From positions 186,001 to 250,000 of the forward strand of contig CBFFSA010000006.1 of NCBI GenBank assembly GCA_965644495.1: DNA of 64,000 nt. The letters run 5' to 3'. Under the pieces are notes generated by a model that saw only the letters and a program-made list of their open reading frames with translations, did no database searches and had not been told where the DNA came from. Position numbers and translations under genes: made by a program. This document shows, piece by piece, positions 25,755 to 36,688 of this stretch; within the stretch, counting starts at the first letter, position 1; every line of letters starts with the position of its first letter. The stretch is from Perkinsela sp. CCAP 1560/9 (taxonomy: Eukaryota > Protista > Euglenozoa: Kinetoplastea).

Positions 25755-27201
25755 TGTGGATTGTCATACTCAGAGCAACACCTTTTTGTCATACTCAGTG
25801 CAACAAAAATGAGAAAAATATGGGTGTGTTCCGGATGTCAGGATTTTCGCATACTCAGTGCAACACTGTTTTTTCGGTCGGACAGCACCACGAACGGACG
25901 CGGGATTGTATGAGCCACGGACGCGGGATTGTATGTAAGAAACAATGGATTAAGAAAAAAAAATTATATAAGGAGAAGAAAAAAGGAGTACCTGGATAAT
26001 CGATATTGACGGAACAACATAACGCGTTTCTTTAGTAAAGAGATAAACTTTTTACCTTTACTGCTTTACAACTTACGGCTATACAACTTACTGCTTTCAG
26101 TATAGTACCGTCTCTTTATAGTAAAATTTAAGTCTCTTTGGGGAGACCCATTTCAAGCACTTTCGTGGCCGTTTGTTCAGTTTGTTGACCGTCTTACTAA
26201 CTTCGCGCTGTGTCAACTCCCCAAAAGTATCTGACTTGGTGTGATACTACCGGACCAGACCATTCATGTTTTCAACGGCCCCCTTTTCCCACGAATGGTA
26301 AGGATGACAAAAGTAAGATTTGCATCCTAACTTCTTGTTGATGGCTTCATGATTGGTATTTTCAGTTCCATTGTCATACGTTATGGTATGCACTTTGTAT
26401 TTCTTTAAGGCTTTCAGCACCTGTGTTTCAACTTGTTTTGACTGCTTGGATTGAAATACACGAAGGACAACAAACCTACTCTTTCGTTCACAAAGGGTCA
26501 GGATGAAATACCCACTTTTCTTTGCTCCCTCAATTAAATCGGCCTCCCAATCACCATACCGACGTCGTGTGTTTACTATTTGGGGACGATGATCGATAGA
26601 AACCCGGTTTGGAATGGTACTTCGACCATGAATGCGTCGAACATAAGGCCGCCTTCCGCGGATCCGTAGGCACTTATGAATCTTCCCCCATTGTCTTTGT
26701 CTCGACGAACAAATCGATAGATTGTGGAAGTGGATGGTGAACCTTGTGAGCCGACAACAAGTGTATTAGCAACCTGCTCCGGGCTGTGAAGCTTTCGGAG
26801 ACGGGTCTTTACATTTTTTTCAAGACTGGCTCGAATTAGACGTGGTCTGGCCCCTTTATTAACCAGTCGTCTCTTGGCAACACGATGGGCACGGCTGGAA
26901 CGGTATTGCCCACCTCTGTTCCTGTTGCGTGCCAGCTCACGACATACCGTACTTGGGGACTTATCAATCGATCGGGCAATTTCCCTCTTCGTTGCGCCAC
27001 TTTCAAACATCGTTTGAATATCTTTGCGATTGCTTTCAGATAATCTTCTGTACTTTTGCATGAATGAACTCAATTATGTAGAAATTAGTATATGAAGTGT
27101 ACTATGTAGAAATTAACCTTTTGTTGCGCTGAGTATGACAATTATTATTATTTTGTTGCACTGAGTATGACAATTTGTTGCACTGACATTGACAATCCAC
27201 C
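25755..27201 (-). mobile_element. IS30-family element, 1447 bp, 3-bp TSD (TGA)
   Basis: Ends TGTGGATTGTCATACTCAGAGCAACA / TGTTGCACTGACATTGACAATCCACC; TGA at 25752-54 and 27202-04; IS30 transposase inside. Confidence 0.9.
26097..27062 (-). pseudogene. IS30-family transposase (HTH + DD33E), with one frameshift (~26678) and one TAG (~26248)
   Basis: REIARSIDKSPSTVCRELARN; HSPEQVA; STIYRFV; SIDHRP; GDWEADLIEG; ITYDNGTE; FCHPYHSWEKGAVENMNGLVR; LNKRPRKCLKWVSP. Confidence 0.92.
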
Positions 27202-27739
27202 TGACATCTCGGGTTAGACATTCTGCGGCGGTGTAGTATGGCATTGTATTTGTCGCGTTTCCGTTGGTGTGACGCATCCATGGCCTCCTCCCATGGCACT
27301 ATCAGTTCGATTATGTATTCTGTTCCATCACTGAGTGTCACAAGTGCATCTGGGCGTAATAGGATGTCTGAAAACCACCAGGATGGAAGATTCCGCTCCC
27401 CTGGTAGATCGAAATGCTGTTGGGCTGTGTTCTGGGAGGCTCGAAGAAACTTTGATAACTCTTTAAGGACAAAGTTATGACGGAGCGTGTATCTATCTTG
27501 CGTGAGGGCAACTTTGCAACCAGTAAGTATGTGTCGTACGGTTTCCGTTTCTCTCTTACACAGAGTACATTTGGTGTCCGTGTACATTGTGATTCCCCAT
27601 CTTCTTCGGTTTGCCTTCGTGGGGAGCGCCGTAGTTGTCATGGCGGCAGCGTGGAAACGTGATATTTTCTCATTTCTGTTACCGTTGACAGCAGCTACAC
27701 AAAAAAATCCACCTGGCACTATCCCCACTGGCAGGCTGG

Positions 27740-30660
27740 AATATGAACGATTACTAGCCCGCTCAAGCTATCGCAAAGTAAATCACGTCCAAATAGCCTC
27801 CTGGCGTGACATCTGTCACGGTATTACAATAGGATGCTCTTCTGCCTCGGAAGCCGAAAAGCTCAATGTAGCCTGACACCTTCTTGGGGCCGTCAAACGC
27901 TACCTCTTTATCCCCTCAGAAAAACTAAGCCACCGACAGCTGGCGCACGAACTTCGTTCACGTTTTTTAAAACCTGATCAGGAATGCAATCCTCCGAAAA
28001 CGCCCATTCCTCCAGCTAATGATAAATCCTCAGCGGCAGAGAAACGATCGCTTAGACTTCTTAGAAGTAGAGCGATATCGAAGGCCGCGCGCGCCCTAGA
28101 CAGTACGGAGAGAGATCCCCTCACCCCAGCAGAGATAAAGCGGGCCGCGGCCGTTTTACACCCACGCAGTATCGCTTCCCTATGCCGCGCCCCTCTGAGG
28201 ACACTACGGTCAACGTAGCTGGTCCAGATACCATTGAAGCGAATCGGCGGATGCTCCTGCGGCGGATGCTCAGCTCCTGGCCCCTCAGGTTGGACCCGCG
28301 AACTCTTGTCCCCCATCTCCTTATGGACGAACATGTTCTAGCATGCGTCGTCTGGATTGTAAAGCGAGCGTTGGAAAACACAGCTCCACCAGGCCTACGA
28401 AATGCCCTAACGCAGAGCGACTTATGTCTCTTCAGGAAAGATGACATCCCAAGTGACACCCCCGCATGCCGCCCGATTGCTTTGGGAGAGCTATTTTTAA
28501 AACTAGCGAGCTCCTATGCACGGTCTCAAGTTTCGAGCTTCACGGAGAAAAAATTCAAAGATATTCAATTTGGTGTGGGTGCACCACATGGAACGCATCA
28601 CATCATTTTTCGTTCACGTCGTGCTTTCAGAAGCAGTGTGAACAATACTCTACTAACAGTTGACCTTAAAAATGGCTTCAATACGATTGAACGAGCTTTT
28701 ATTGCTAGAGTCATACGTCAATGCCTCCAATTACAACCTCTGATTGGGATCTTTCTCTTCGCATACAGTCTAGTCTTATTCGTGGACTCGAACCCATCTC
28801 TAGCAGCCGAGGCGTACGTCAGGGAGAGGCGTTAGCACATTTATAATGCATATTAACTGCACGTTTATAATGCATACTAAGCGGCACATTCAAATGCATA
28901 TAGCACATTCACATGCATAACAGCACATTCACATGCATAATGCACATTCACATGCATATTAAGCGGCACATTCACATGCATAAAATTTTAGGCACGGATT
29001 TCAACTTTTTCGAAGTTGGTGCGGGGTGCTATGGAAGCTCACCTTTGCTCCCGGTGAGGCCCCGGAGTTGCGAGAGGCCTCCATACCCCACAACTACCAC
29101 CTTCCCCCCCTATTTAGCGGGGGTCGCGCGAGCGACCCCTGATAAATGGGGGGAAGGTGGTAGTTGTTTTGGGGGAAATGAGAGGCCGAACGCACGGAGG
29201 GGCCGGCCGGGCCAATGAGCCAATAATATCTACACGTTTTTTGAATTTTGTGATTAAAAGGGAAGGATCAACAAAATTGAGAAATATGCATGTGAATGTG
29301 CTATATGCATGCGAATGTGCTATATGCATTTGAATGTGCTGTTATGTATGTGAATGTGCCGCTTAGTATGCAATATCAATGTGCAGTAAATATGCATTTG
29401 TATGTGCTATATGCATGTGAATGTGCTGTTATGCATGTGAATGTGCTGTTATGCACCTGAATGTGCTATATGCATGTGAATGTGCTAATATGCATCTGAA
29501 TGTGCTATATGCATTATAAATGCGCCGCTTAGTATGCATTATAAATGTGCGGGCGGCAGATCCTTTGCACCATCTACCCAAGCAGGCAGCTTTGACTCTC
29601 TTCCGACACTGTGGAGCAGTAAGAAGGAATCACATAGTACAGAGTCACGAATTGGAATCAACATTGGAGGCGAACAGGCAGATTGACGCTGCAGTAATGA
29701 ATTTCGCGGAAGAGCTACTAGGTGGGTCCGGAACGCTTGAGAAGAACCCGTTGCAAAATAAAACTTTTACGGGTGACCTCATCGGATCCACTCTTTGGCG
29801 AAAACGCGGAGCAGCTTTATTCTGATACCCCCCACGCGGTCTACCCCCCCCCGAGTCTCATTTTGGCGGAAGAGCACAGTCTTCAAACAAACTCGAATTA
29901 CGAACACCCCTAAGTCATAAGCACAAGGCTCTCTTCGCGCAGCTCTCCAACAAATATTCGAAATACTGGATGGAAGCGGTCCCTAATCGCCCCGAATTTT
30001 ACCGACGCGACTCGGAGTGGCAGACTGCCCTCCGCATGCGTTATCTCCTAAGCCTAGTGTCGTCCCCAAGCATACAATGTGTATTCGGGGAACTGCATCC
30101 CAATGACTACTTCCCAGTGCATGCTCTTGATTGCAGTCGAGCACGCGGCAAGACGGGAGCATCGAGACACGCCCTAGTAAAATCATGCTCCTCAAATATT
30201 TTGAGACAGTATGGATTTAACCCCGACATTATGGAGCCCAGCTTCGAAGAAGGAAAAGGCCTAGACTTATTATTTCAAATGGGACATCAACTTGTTATGG
30301 TGGATGTCACAACAGCCAACCCATTAGCTCCTTCTTACGTAGAGATGGAGAGTAAAGCGCCCGGAAAAACCCTTGTCCGGGCAGAGGCCACGAAGCACAA
30401 GACCTACGACAGTCTTGCAGCAACACATGTAATGAAGCCTTTTCCCCTAGCCTTTTCTGCATTCGGTGTTCCCGGAAACGAAACTCTAGCATTTCTACGG
30501 AAGTGCGGAGGGTACACGTCGGACAGGCACGGTTTTCTCCGCCATGCTATACAACGTGGCCATACAACGTGGCAACGCCCAAATCATTTCGGCCGCCACG
30601 TTTCAATGGCGGCAAACGGGTATCTTGTAGGGAGTAATTATTCATAAATAATATAAAAAA
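27740..30660 (+). mobile_element. Second degenerate CRE-like retrotransposon, interrupted at 28829-29558
   Basis: KRYLFIPSEKLSHRQLAHELR matches copy 1; CRPIALGE, QFGVG and VDLKNGFN RT motifs; HALDC and DVTTANPLAPSY RLE region; A-rich 3' tail. Confidence 0.85.
28829..29558. mobile_element. Non-autonomous element: inverted 19-bp tandem arrays flanking the ~175-bp palindrome
   Basis: GCACATTCACATGCATA arrays (28835-28982), palindrome 29047-29219, ATGCATGTGAATGTGC arrays (29284-29550); related copy at 40370-40630. Confidence 0.75.
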
Positions 30661-31004
30661 AACAAAAAAGTTGTAATTAGCTTTTTTGAACCCTACCTGG
30701 CTAGCGGGGGTAGGGGGTCGCTCGAGTGAAAAGGACCTCGGATTCGGAACGATTGGGTCGAAAAACGGTGGTAGTCATTTAAAGGCCCAAATTCAATTTT
30801 TTGCCTACACAATTTATGGTAACTTATACAACGAAGGGTAACTTTGCACCAATTAAGGTACTAAATTATTGAAGCAATTAAAAAGCAATTGAACTTTTAG
30901 CAAAATTTTAGACGTAGTCTTTTTCCTTCGGAATAGAGATTCTATTCGATTCAGGTAAGATTGTCCGTATTCACGAATATCCTGACTGACAACTACTGTA
31001 AGTA

Positions 31005-32351
31005 ATGAGTGGCACTAAGCTAGGTCTTGGAATAGAATCTTCTGCGAACAAATTAGCAGTAGGCATCGTAAGCTCCGAAGGCAGTGTGATGGCAAATGTG
31101 CGTAGAACCTATACTCCGACCATAGGATCCGGATTTCTACCTCGAGAGACAACGCGGCATCATGAAACTTACATTCTAGAATTAATCAAGTCTGCACTCG
31201 AGAAGGCACATCTAACAAGGCCTTCCCATGATATCGACTTGATATGCTACACCAAGGGCCCTGGAATGGCTGGCCCTCTTTCTGTGGGTGCCACGGTGGC
31301 TCGTACACTCTCTCAATTATGGGGAAGACTGAGGGCTACGTACCTTGCTGATGTTCAGCTTGGTATTTACAGATGCAAAACAAAACAAGCCCAGGATTCA
31401 GGGATCCCGGACGGCAAATTGCTGCTCTTGCCAATAGTTGGTGTAAATCACTGTGTTGCTCACATAGAAATGGGGCGTTTGATTTGTGAATCATCCAATC
31501 CTGTGGTTTTATATGTAAGTGGAGGAAATACACAAGTGATCGCATATCGCGACAATAAATATCATATTTTCGGAGAAACCTTGGACATTGCTGTAGGAAA
31601 CTGTCTCGATAGATTCGCCCGTATGTGCAACCTCAGCAACGAACCGTCCCCGGGGTATAATGTGGAATTAGCAGCGCAGAAGAGCAGACTCCATTCTTGT
31701 TTGCAGCATGTTCAGAATACGGATGATATGCCACATGTACTTGAATTGCCATACGCAGTTAAAGGAATGGACATGAGTTTTACTGGTATATTGTCTTTGA
31801 TTCAGAGGTACATCATATCATTTAGCACAGACGACGCGATTGATCAGAGAATTTTGTGTAGAAAAATTATGGATTGTTGTTACATTTTCCAGGAAACCAT
31901 ATTCTCTATGCTAGTGGAGGTAACTGAACGTGTGATGGCACACTGTGGTGCAACAGAAGTGCTAATGGTTGGTGGAGTGGCCTGTAATGCGAGACTTCAA
32001 GAAATGATGAGGAAAATGGTATATCACCGTGAATCAATGGTCCTTGCTCATCGAAAAGGGACGCGTAGCAAATACATCTCGCATGACATGGATGAGCGAT
32101 ACTGCATTGACAACGGGTGTATGATTGCTCATACTGGTTTACTGCATGACAGATCTACATGTGATCTTAACAGCTCCTCCAATGAAAATCACTCCAGCGC
32201 TGCCGAAGTCGAATCACAGAATGACATACGCCAACGTCTGGAAAGGTGTGGTATACGTCAAAGATATAGAACAGATGAAGTTCACATTCCGTGGCGCTCC
32301 TCCCTAAATGATGAACAACGAAATGGGTCACCCGCATCCGGAAATAAATAG
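31005..32351 (+). CDS. KAE1: tRNA N6-threonylcarbamoyltransferase Kae1/OSGEP (KEOPS complex)
   Basis: LGIESSANK, YTKGPGM, VNHCVAHIEMG, LYVSGGNTQ, GETLDIAVGNCLDR, GGVACN, YCIDNGCMIA, QRYRTDEV. Confidence 0.96.
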   Translation: MSGTKLGLGIESSANKLAVGIVSSEGSVMANVRRTYTPTIGSGFLPRETTRHHETYILELIKSALEKAHLTRPSHDIDLICYTKGPGMAGPLSVGATVARTLSQLWGRLRATYLADVQLGIYRCKTKQAQDSGIPDGKLLLLPIVGVNHCVAHIEMGRLICESSNPVVLYVSGGNTQVIAYRDNKYHIFGETLDIAVGNCLDRFARMCNLSNEPSPGYNVELAAQKSRLHSCLQHVQNTDDMPHVLELPYAVKGMDMSFTGILSLIQRYIISFSTDDAIDQRILCRKIMDCCYIFQETIFSMLVEVTERVMAHCGATEVLMVGGVACNARLQEMMRKMVYHRESMVLAHRKGTRSKYISHDMDERYCIDNGCMIAHTGLLHDRSTCDLNSSSNENHSSAAEVESQNDIRQRLERCGIRQRYRTDEVHIPWRSSLNDEQRNGSPASGNK

Positions 32352-32387
32352 AGAATATAAAATAGAAATGTTACTTCTCTCTTTTTT

Positions 32388-32484
32388 AGGCCCTGCGTTA
32401 AATCCGGTGGTTGTTTTCAACTTGGAAGCCACTCATGCTGCGCACTTCGCGATGAAAACTACCTCCGCGTTTAACGAAGAGCCT
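32388..32484. repeat. ~100-bp palindromic miniature element
   Basis: AGGC..GTTAAA..CGGTGGTTGTTTTCA / TGAAAACTACCTCCGCGTTTAACGAAGAGCCT; other copies at ~8368, 45405, 45570, 56917 and 62815. Confidence 0.8.
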
Positions 32485-33036
32485 AAACAAATTGGTCGGG
32501 CTGAAAAAAGCTGATGGATTCGAGCAAAAAATAGAAGATTTTTAGCCAAAAATTGGGAGATTATTGTGTATTTTTGTGTTTCAAAGTTTGGGGAATATTT
32601 TTGAGCCCCTAAACTAACTTCCGGACATTTTGAAACGCATTTTACTCGCCGACGGCATAACAAATAATCGAAAAAAAGTTATGATTTTCTCGGCCTTGAA
32701 AAGTGGCCAGCTGGCCACGCCCTGGCACAATGGTGGGTCAAAGTAAATGACTTTTGCATAAGTCAAGGACTTTTGCATAAGTCAAGGACTTTTGCAGAAG
32801 TCAATTTTTAGCAGGGACCCCCTTTATATGAGTTGGTCCATTGCGACTCATGTATAGCACCATCATACAGATCTGTCATTATACTACCGAATTACCCCCT
32901 GGTTTGGGTCCTGGGGAGAATATTTGGAGGCAACAATGTGCATGACATTTTGCCAAAAAAATACCTTTTTCGGCGATGTTGACCTTACGATATCCCACTC
33001 GCACATTGATAATGCATAGAGCACATTGATAATGCA

Positions 33037-33063
33037 TAAAGATACAGTTTCTGTACCTTGTTG
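33037..33063 (+). other. 3' part of a kinetoplastid spliced-leader (SL) exon
   Basis: AAAGATACAGTTTCTGTACCTTGTTG: conserved ACAGTTTCTGTAC core followed by 7 nt ending in TTG; no GT donor follows. Confidence 0.75.
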
Positions 33064-33884
33064 TTCATCTTTTCTTTCCCCGGCAACGGGCATAATCTTA
33101 CTGTTTTATATGCCCGTTGCCGGCCGGCACTAAGGCCGAAACTGTCCCTCTTTCTCGGCGAAGTAGGGGACGCGCTTCCACCCCATCACCCCTCCCCGGC
33201 TCACTCCTTGAGTGGGTTTTCTTCCCTCCCCGGCTTTCTTCCCTTCGCGCCCTTTCCTTCCCGGGGAGCCATGCGCCATGGTGGCCTCCCTTGAGGACCA
33301 CTGGGCGTGGCTCTGCCTCGTCTTATCGCGAGGCAGCGGTCGGTTGCAGTGCGCCCCTCCGGCTGCGTAAAGAGGTGGTGAGTTGCCTGGACCACCTCTA
33401 CCGACTGGGACCGAGTCGGTTGCAGTGCGCCCCTCCGGCTGCGTAAAGAGAGGGCGAGTTGCCTGGACCCCCTCTACCGACAGAGTCCGAGCTAAACCCG
33501 CTTGGTGCGACATCCGTCAATACGGAATGTGCCGATGATATCGGCTGTCGCATCAAGGGCTGTATCTCTGCGCCAACGAGCGCATGAACATCAACTACTG
33601 CACATTGATAATGCATAACGTGCCGCACATTGATAATGCATATAGCACATCCGTTAGGGTGGCCAGGTGGCTACTTTTTCAGAGGGTGGCCAAGTGGCCA
33701 CTTTTTCAGGGGGTTGTCAGCTGGCCATTTTTTCGGAGGGTGACCAGGTGGCCACTTTTTCAGGGGGTGTCCAGATGGGAACTTTTTCGGGGGGTGGCCA
33801 GGTGGCCTCTTTTCCAGGGGGCGGCCAGGTGTCCACTTTTTCAGGGGGTAGTCATCTGGCCACTTTTTTGCGGGGTGGCCAGGT

Positions 33885-34372
33885 GCTCACAGTTGGGCCT
33901 TGCTCGCAGACGGGGGGTTTTGCCTCCAGAAGTGGGCTTCGCTCACAGTTGGGCCTTGCCTCTGGACAATCCTGCGGAAGTGGCGGACATAGGTTCTCAT
34001 TGCACGGGGTCCAAAAAATACAGCATCCCTCCTCCATTTCCTACGCATACGCAAGTCACAAATGTCACAGATATCAACACTAAAACTAGGCATCGCAGTA
34101 TAGGAAAATAAATACACAATCCTACGGAAGTGGCAGACATAGGTTCTCAGTGCGCTCCAGCGCGCGGGTCGCCAAAAAATATAATTATGTCCCAGGGCTA
34201 CGCTCACAGTTCGGCCTTGCTCGCAGACGGGGGGGTTTGCCTCCAGAAGTAGGCTTCGCTCACAGTTGGGCCTTGCTCGCAGACGGAGGTTTTGCCTCCA
34301 GAAGTGGGCTTCGCTCACAGTTGGGCCTTGCCTCTGGACAATCCTGCGGAAGTGGCAGATATAGGTTCTCAG
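33885..34372. repeat. ~56-bp repeat cluster (GCTCACAGTTGGGCCTTGCTCGCAGACGG...)
   Basis: Units at ~33885, 33941, 34202, 34258 and 34313. Confidence 0.85.
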
Positions 34373-35118
34373 TGGTAATTCTTCTCTAAATTGTGCGTAT
34401 TCGTTTCTTTTTGTCCCATTTCTTCACGCGCAAAGTCCTTGTGTTGAGATCTGCAAAATGCAACAAAAATCAGCTCAAAAGGACATTTGTACGAAAAAAA
34501 AGAGGGGGGTCACTTTTCGTGAGCGGGGGTTTATATTCAAGTTTAAAACCTAAAAGTGATGAGGCTGAGTGTTTGTGTAGTAAAGGGTGCGGTATAGTTG
34601 AGTGTACAAAAGCCTGCAGAGACTGGCTTAAGGAGCATATCCATAACGTGGCGTACGACCCTAAAAAACCGGGTAAGTGCGCCAAGTCATAATGTTCACG
34701 CTTTCTAGATTACCACACTACCGATATTTCACAAAAAAAAGTATGAATCTTGGTTAGAACATAAAAAATGTACACATATTTGCTTTTGATTATCCTTTGA
34801 TCAAATACAATCTTAACTCAGATTTTTTCTACGCAATTGTTGAAATATGACGCAAGGAAGATTGACCGAGACCGCACTGAGGCCGCACCGATACATCACA
34901 CCTTTATGTAGAGAAGGCGTTCGGATCTCTCTGAAACCGCGCGAAACCGCGGCGAAACTGCGCGAAACCGTGCTGACACAGCACCCGCAGCCCCTCAAGA
35001 ACAAACCCCCCAGAACAAACCCTCCTTACCTCCACCCGCACACACCCACAACAAACCCTTCCTACCTCCACCCGTACACACCCAGAACAAACCCTCACTG
35101 CCTCCACCCGTACTCACC

Positions 35119-36021
35119 GGCACCCGCACCCTTATCTGTCATAGAAATTCGCACCTTTATCTGTCATACAGCACCCTTATCTGTCATATAAGCCGCACCC
35201 TTATCTGTCATACTAAGGTGCACCCTTATCTGTCATAATACATTTTTTGTTAATTTTCTGTGAATGACGGTGAAAGGTAGAGTCAGCACACGCATCGATT
35301 CAACTCATCGGTCTCATATCGCATTGTTATATAATAACGGAGAGATGTCACAGGAGGAGTTTATTCATTTGTGCTTTCCTTATCAATTTTCCCAAAAGAG
35401 ATCCCTTGGGCGTGCAAGTTTGATCTCAATAATTAGTATCAAAAAATTCATGCTTTTTTTTTTGGGCTTCTTTTTCGCGTCCGCAGTTCCGGTTTTTCTC
35501 TCTCTTTATGATATCTAGACCTTGTCGTATCTGGGATTTCTGTGGTTTGTCTCGGTGTCGTCCAATACAACTGATCATCACCTAGGGCTTCGCAAATGCT
35601 TCCCACGAACTCAGCGTCACACTTTAACGTGACTCAGTGGCCCGGCCGGCCCCTCCGTGCGTTCGGCCTCTCATATTCCCCAAAACAACTACCACCTTCC
35701 CCCCATTTATCAGGGGTCGCTCGCGCGACCACCGCTAAATAGGGGGGGAAGGTGGTAGTTGTGGGGTATGGAGGCCTCTCGCAACTCCGGGGCCTCACCG
35801 GGAGCAGAGACGAGTGTTCACTATCTCTTGAAAACACCTTTAGTTTCCAAATAATGCATCATCAATGTGCTATATGCATTATCAATGTGCTGTATGCATT
35901 CTCAATGTGCTGTATGCAATATCAATGTGCTATATGCATTATCAATGTGCTATATGCATTATCAATGTGCTATATGCATTATCAATGTGCAGTAACTATG
36001 CATTATCAATGTGCGAGTGGG
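35119..36021. mobile_element. Array-palindrome element (GCACCCTTATCTGTCATA array, palindrome 35631-35805, 20-bp array)
   Basis: Ends CACCCGCAC / GTGCGAGTG; interrupts a ~33-bp C/A-rich tandem repeat that resumes at ~36023. Confidence 0.65.
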
Positions 36022-36344
36022 GACCCACAACAAACCTCCCTTGCCTCCTCCCGTACACACCCGCAAGAAACGCTCACTGTAGCAATATTCTCATAATTTA
36101 TGAGAAGTGTGAGTGGCTCTTCTACATAAAAAAGTCGGAAGGGGCGTATGGTGAGGGCCCGCGTGGTAGGCCTGAGCCATACGCGGCGTCGTTAGTGGCA
36201 AGCAATTTGCGAAGCCCAGTTTAGCAACAACCACCGCTTTTTGACGAAGCAGCTACCACCGCGACATCGTTAAAGTTAAAATATTCGTTTCGATGAGTAC
36301 TCATCCAAACTACGCCAATCTGGCTTAAAAGTTAAATTTTAAAA

Positions 36345-36416
36345 TTCCGATACCGGGAATCGAACCCGGGTTTTGCGGGTGAGAGCCGCATGTGCTACCG
36401 ACTATACCATATCGGA
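36345..36416 (-). tRNA. tRNA-Glu(CTC)
   Basis: Cloverleaf; acceptor TCCGATA/TATCGGA; anticodon arm TGCGG-CTCTCAC-CCGCA. Confidence 0.95.
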
Positions 36417-36491
36417 ACAAGAATGTAACGGATGAAATGTTTGGAATTGAGAATAGGAGGCTTGATGAATTACCGCTGTGCACATCAAATA

Positions 36492-36563
36492 GGCTGAATG
36501 GTCTAGTGGCATGATTCCCGCTTAGGGTGCGGGAGGTCCCGGGTTCGATTCCCGGTTCAGCCC
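36492..36563 (+). tRNA. tRNA-Pro(AGG)
   Basis: Acceptor GGCTGAA/TTCAGCC; CCCGC-TTAGGGT-GCGGG; T5 terminator. Confidence 0.95.
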
Positions 36564-36585
36564 TTTTTCTGTACATGGAAACAAA

Positions 36586-36658
36586 TACCTCAGACGGGAC
36601 TCGAACCCGCAACCTTTGGCTTAGGAAGCCAACGCCTTAACCATTAGGCTACTGAGGC
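36586..36658 (-). tRNA. tRNA-Arg(CCT)
   Basis: Acceptor GCCTCAG/CTGAGGT; TTGGC-TTCCTAA-GCCAA. Confidence 0.95.
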
Positions 36659-36688
36659 GCCTGAACTGATGTGGGATGGAGGAGAAAA

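Larger units (their letters stand above)
25547..27728 (-). mobile_element. 3' portion of a HERO-like RLE non-LTR retrotransposon, split by the IS30-like element
   Basis: LPTKANRRRWG, CTLC..HILTGC..RYTLRHN, RPD, IELIVPWEE, RKRDKY | FEIGARG, SFVIWTQRE; the ORF rejoins in frame when the IS is removed. Confidence 0.8.

Noticed and set aside
33037-33200. Functional SL RNA gene
   Set aside because: The 5' part of the exon is missing, there is no GT donor after TTG, and it is not in a tandem array.
35631-35805. HDV-like ribozyme within the palindrome
   Set aside because: I could not build the nested double pseudoknot; the sequence is explained by a single long hairpin.
36128-36340. tRNA-associated snRNA/7SL gene or hammerhead ribozyme (GATGAGTACTCATCGAAAC, T6 on the minus strand)
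   Set aside because: No U2/U3/U6/SRP motifs and no CTGANGA core; a ~30-nt segment is shared with the dispersed repeat at 46068/46461.
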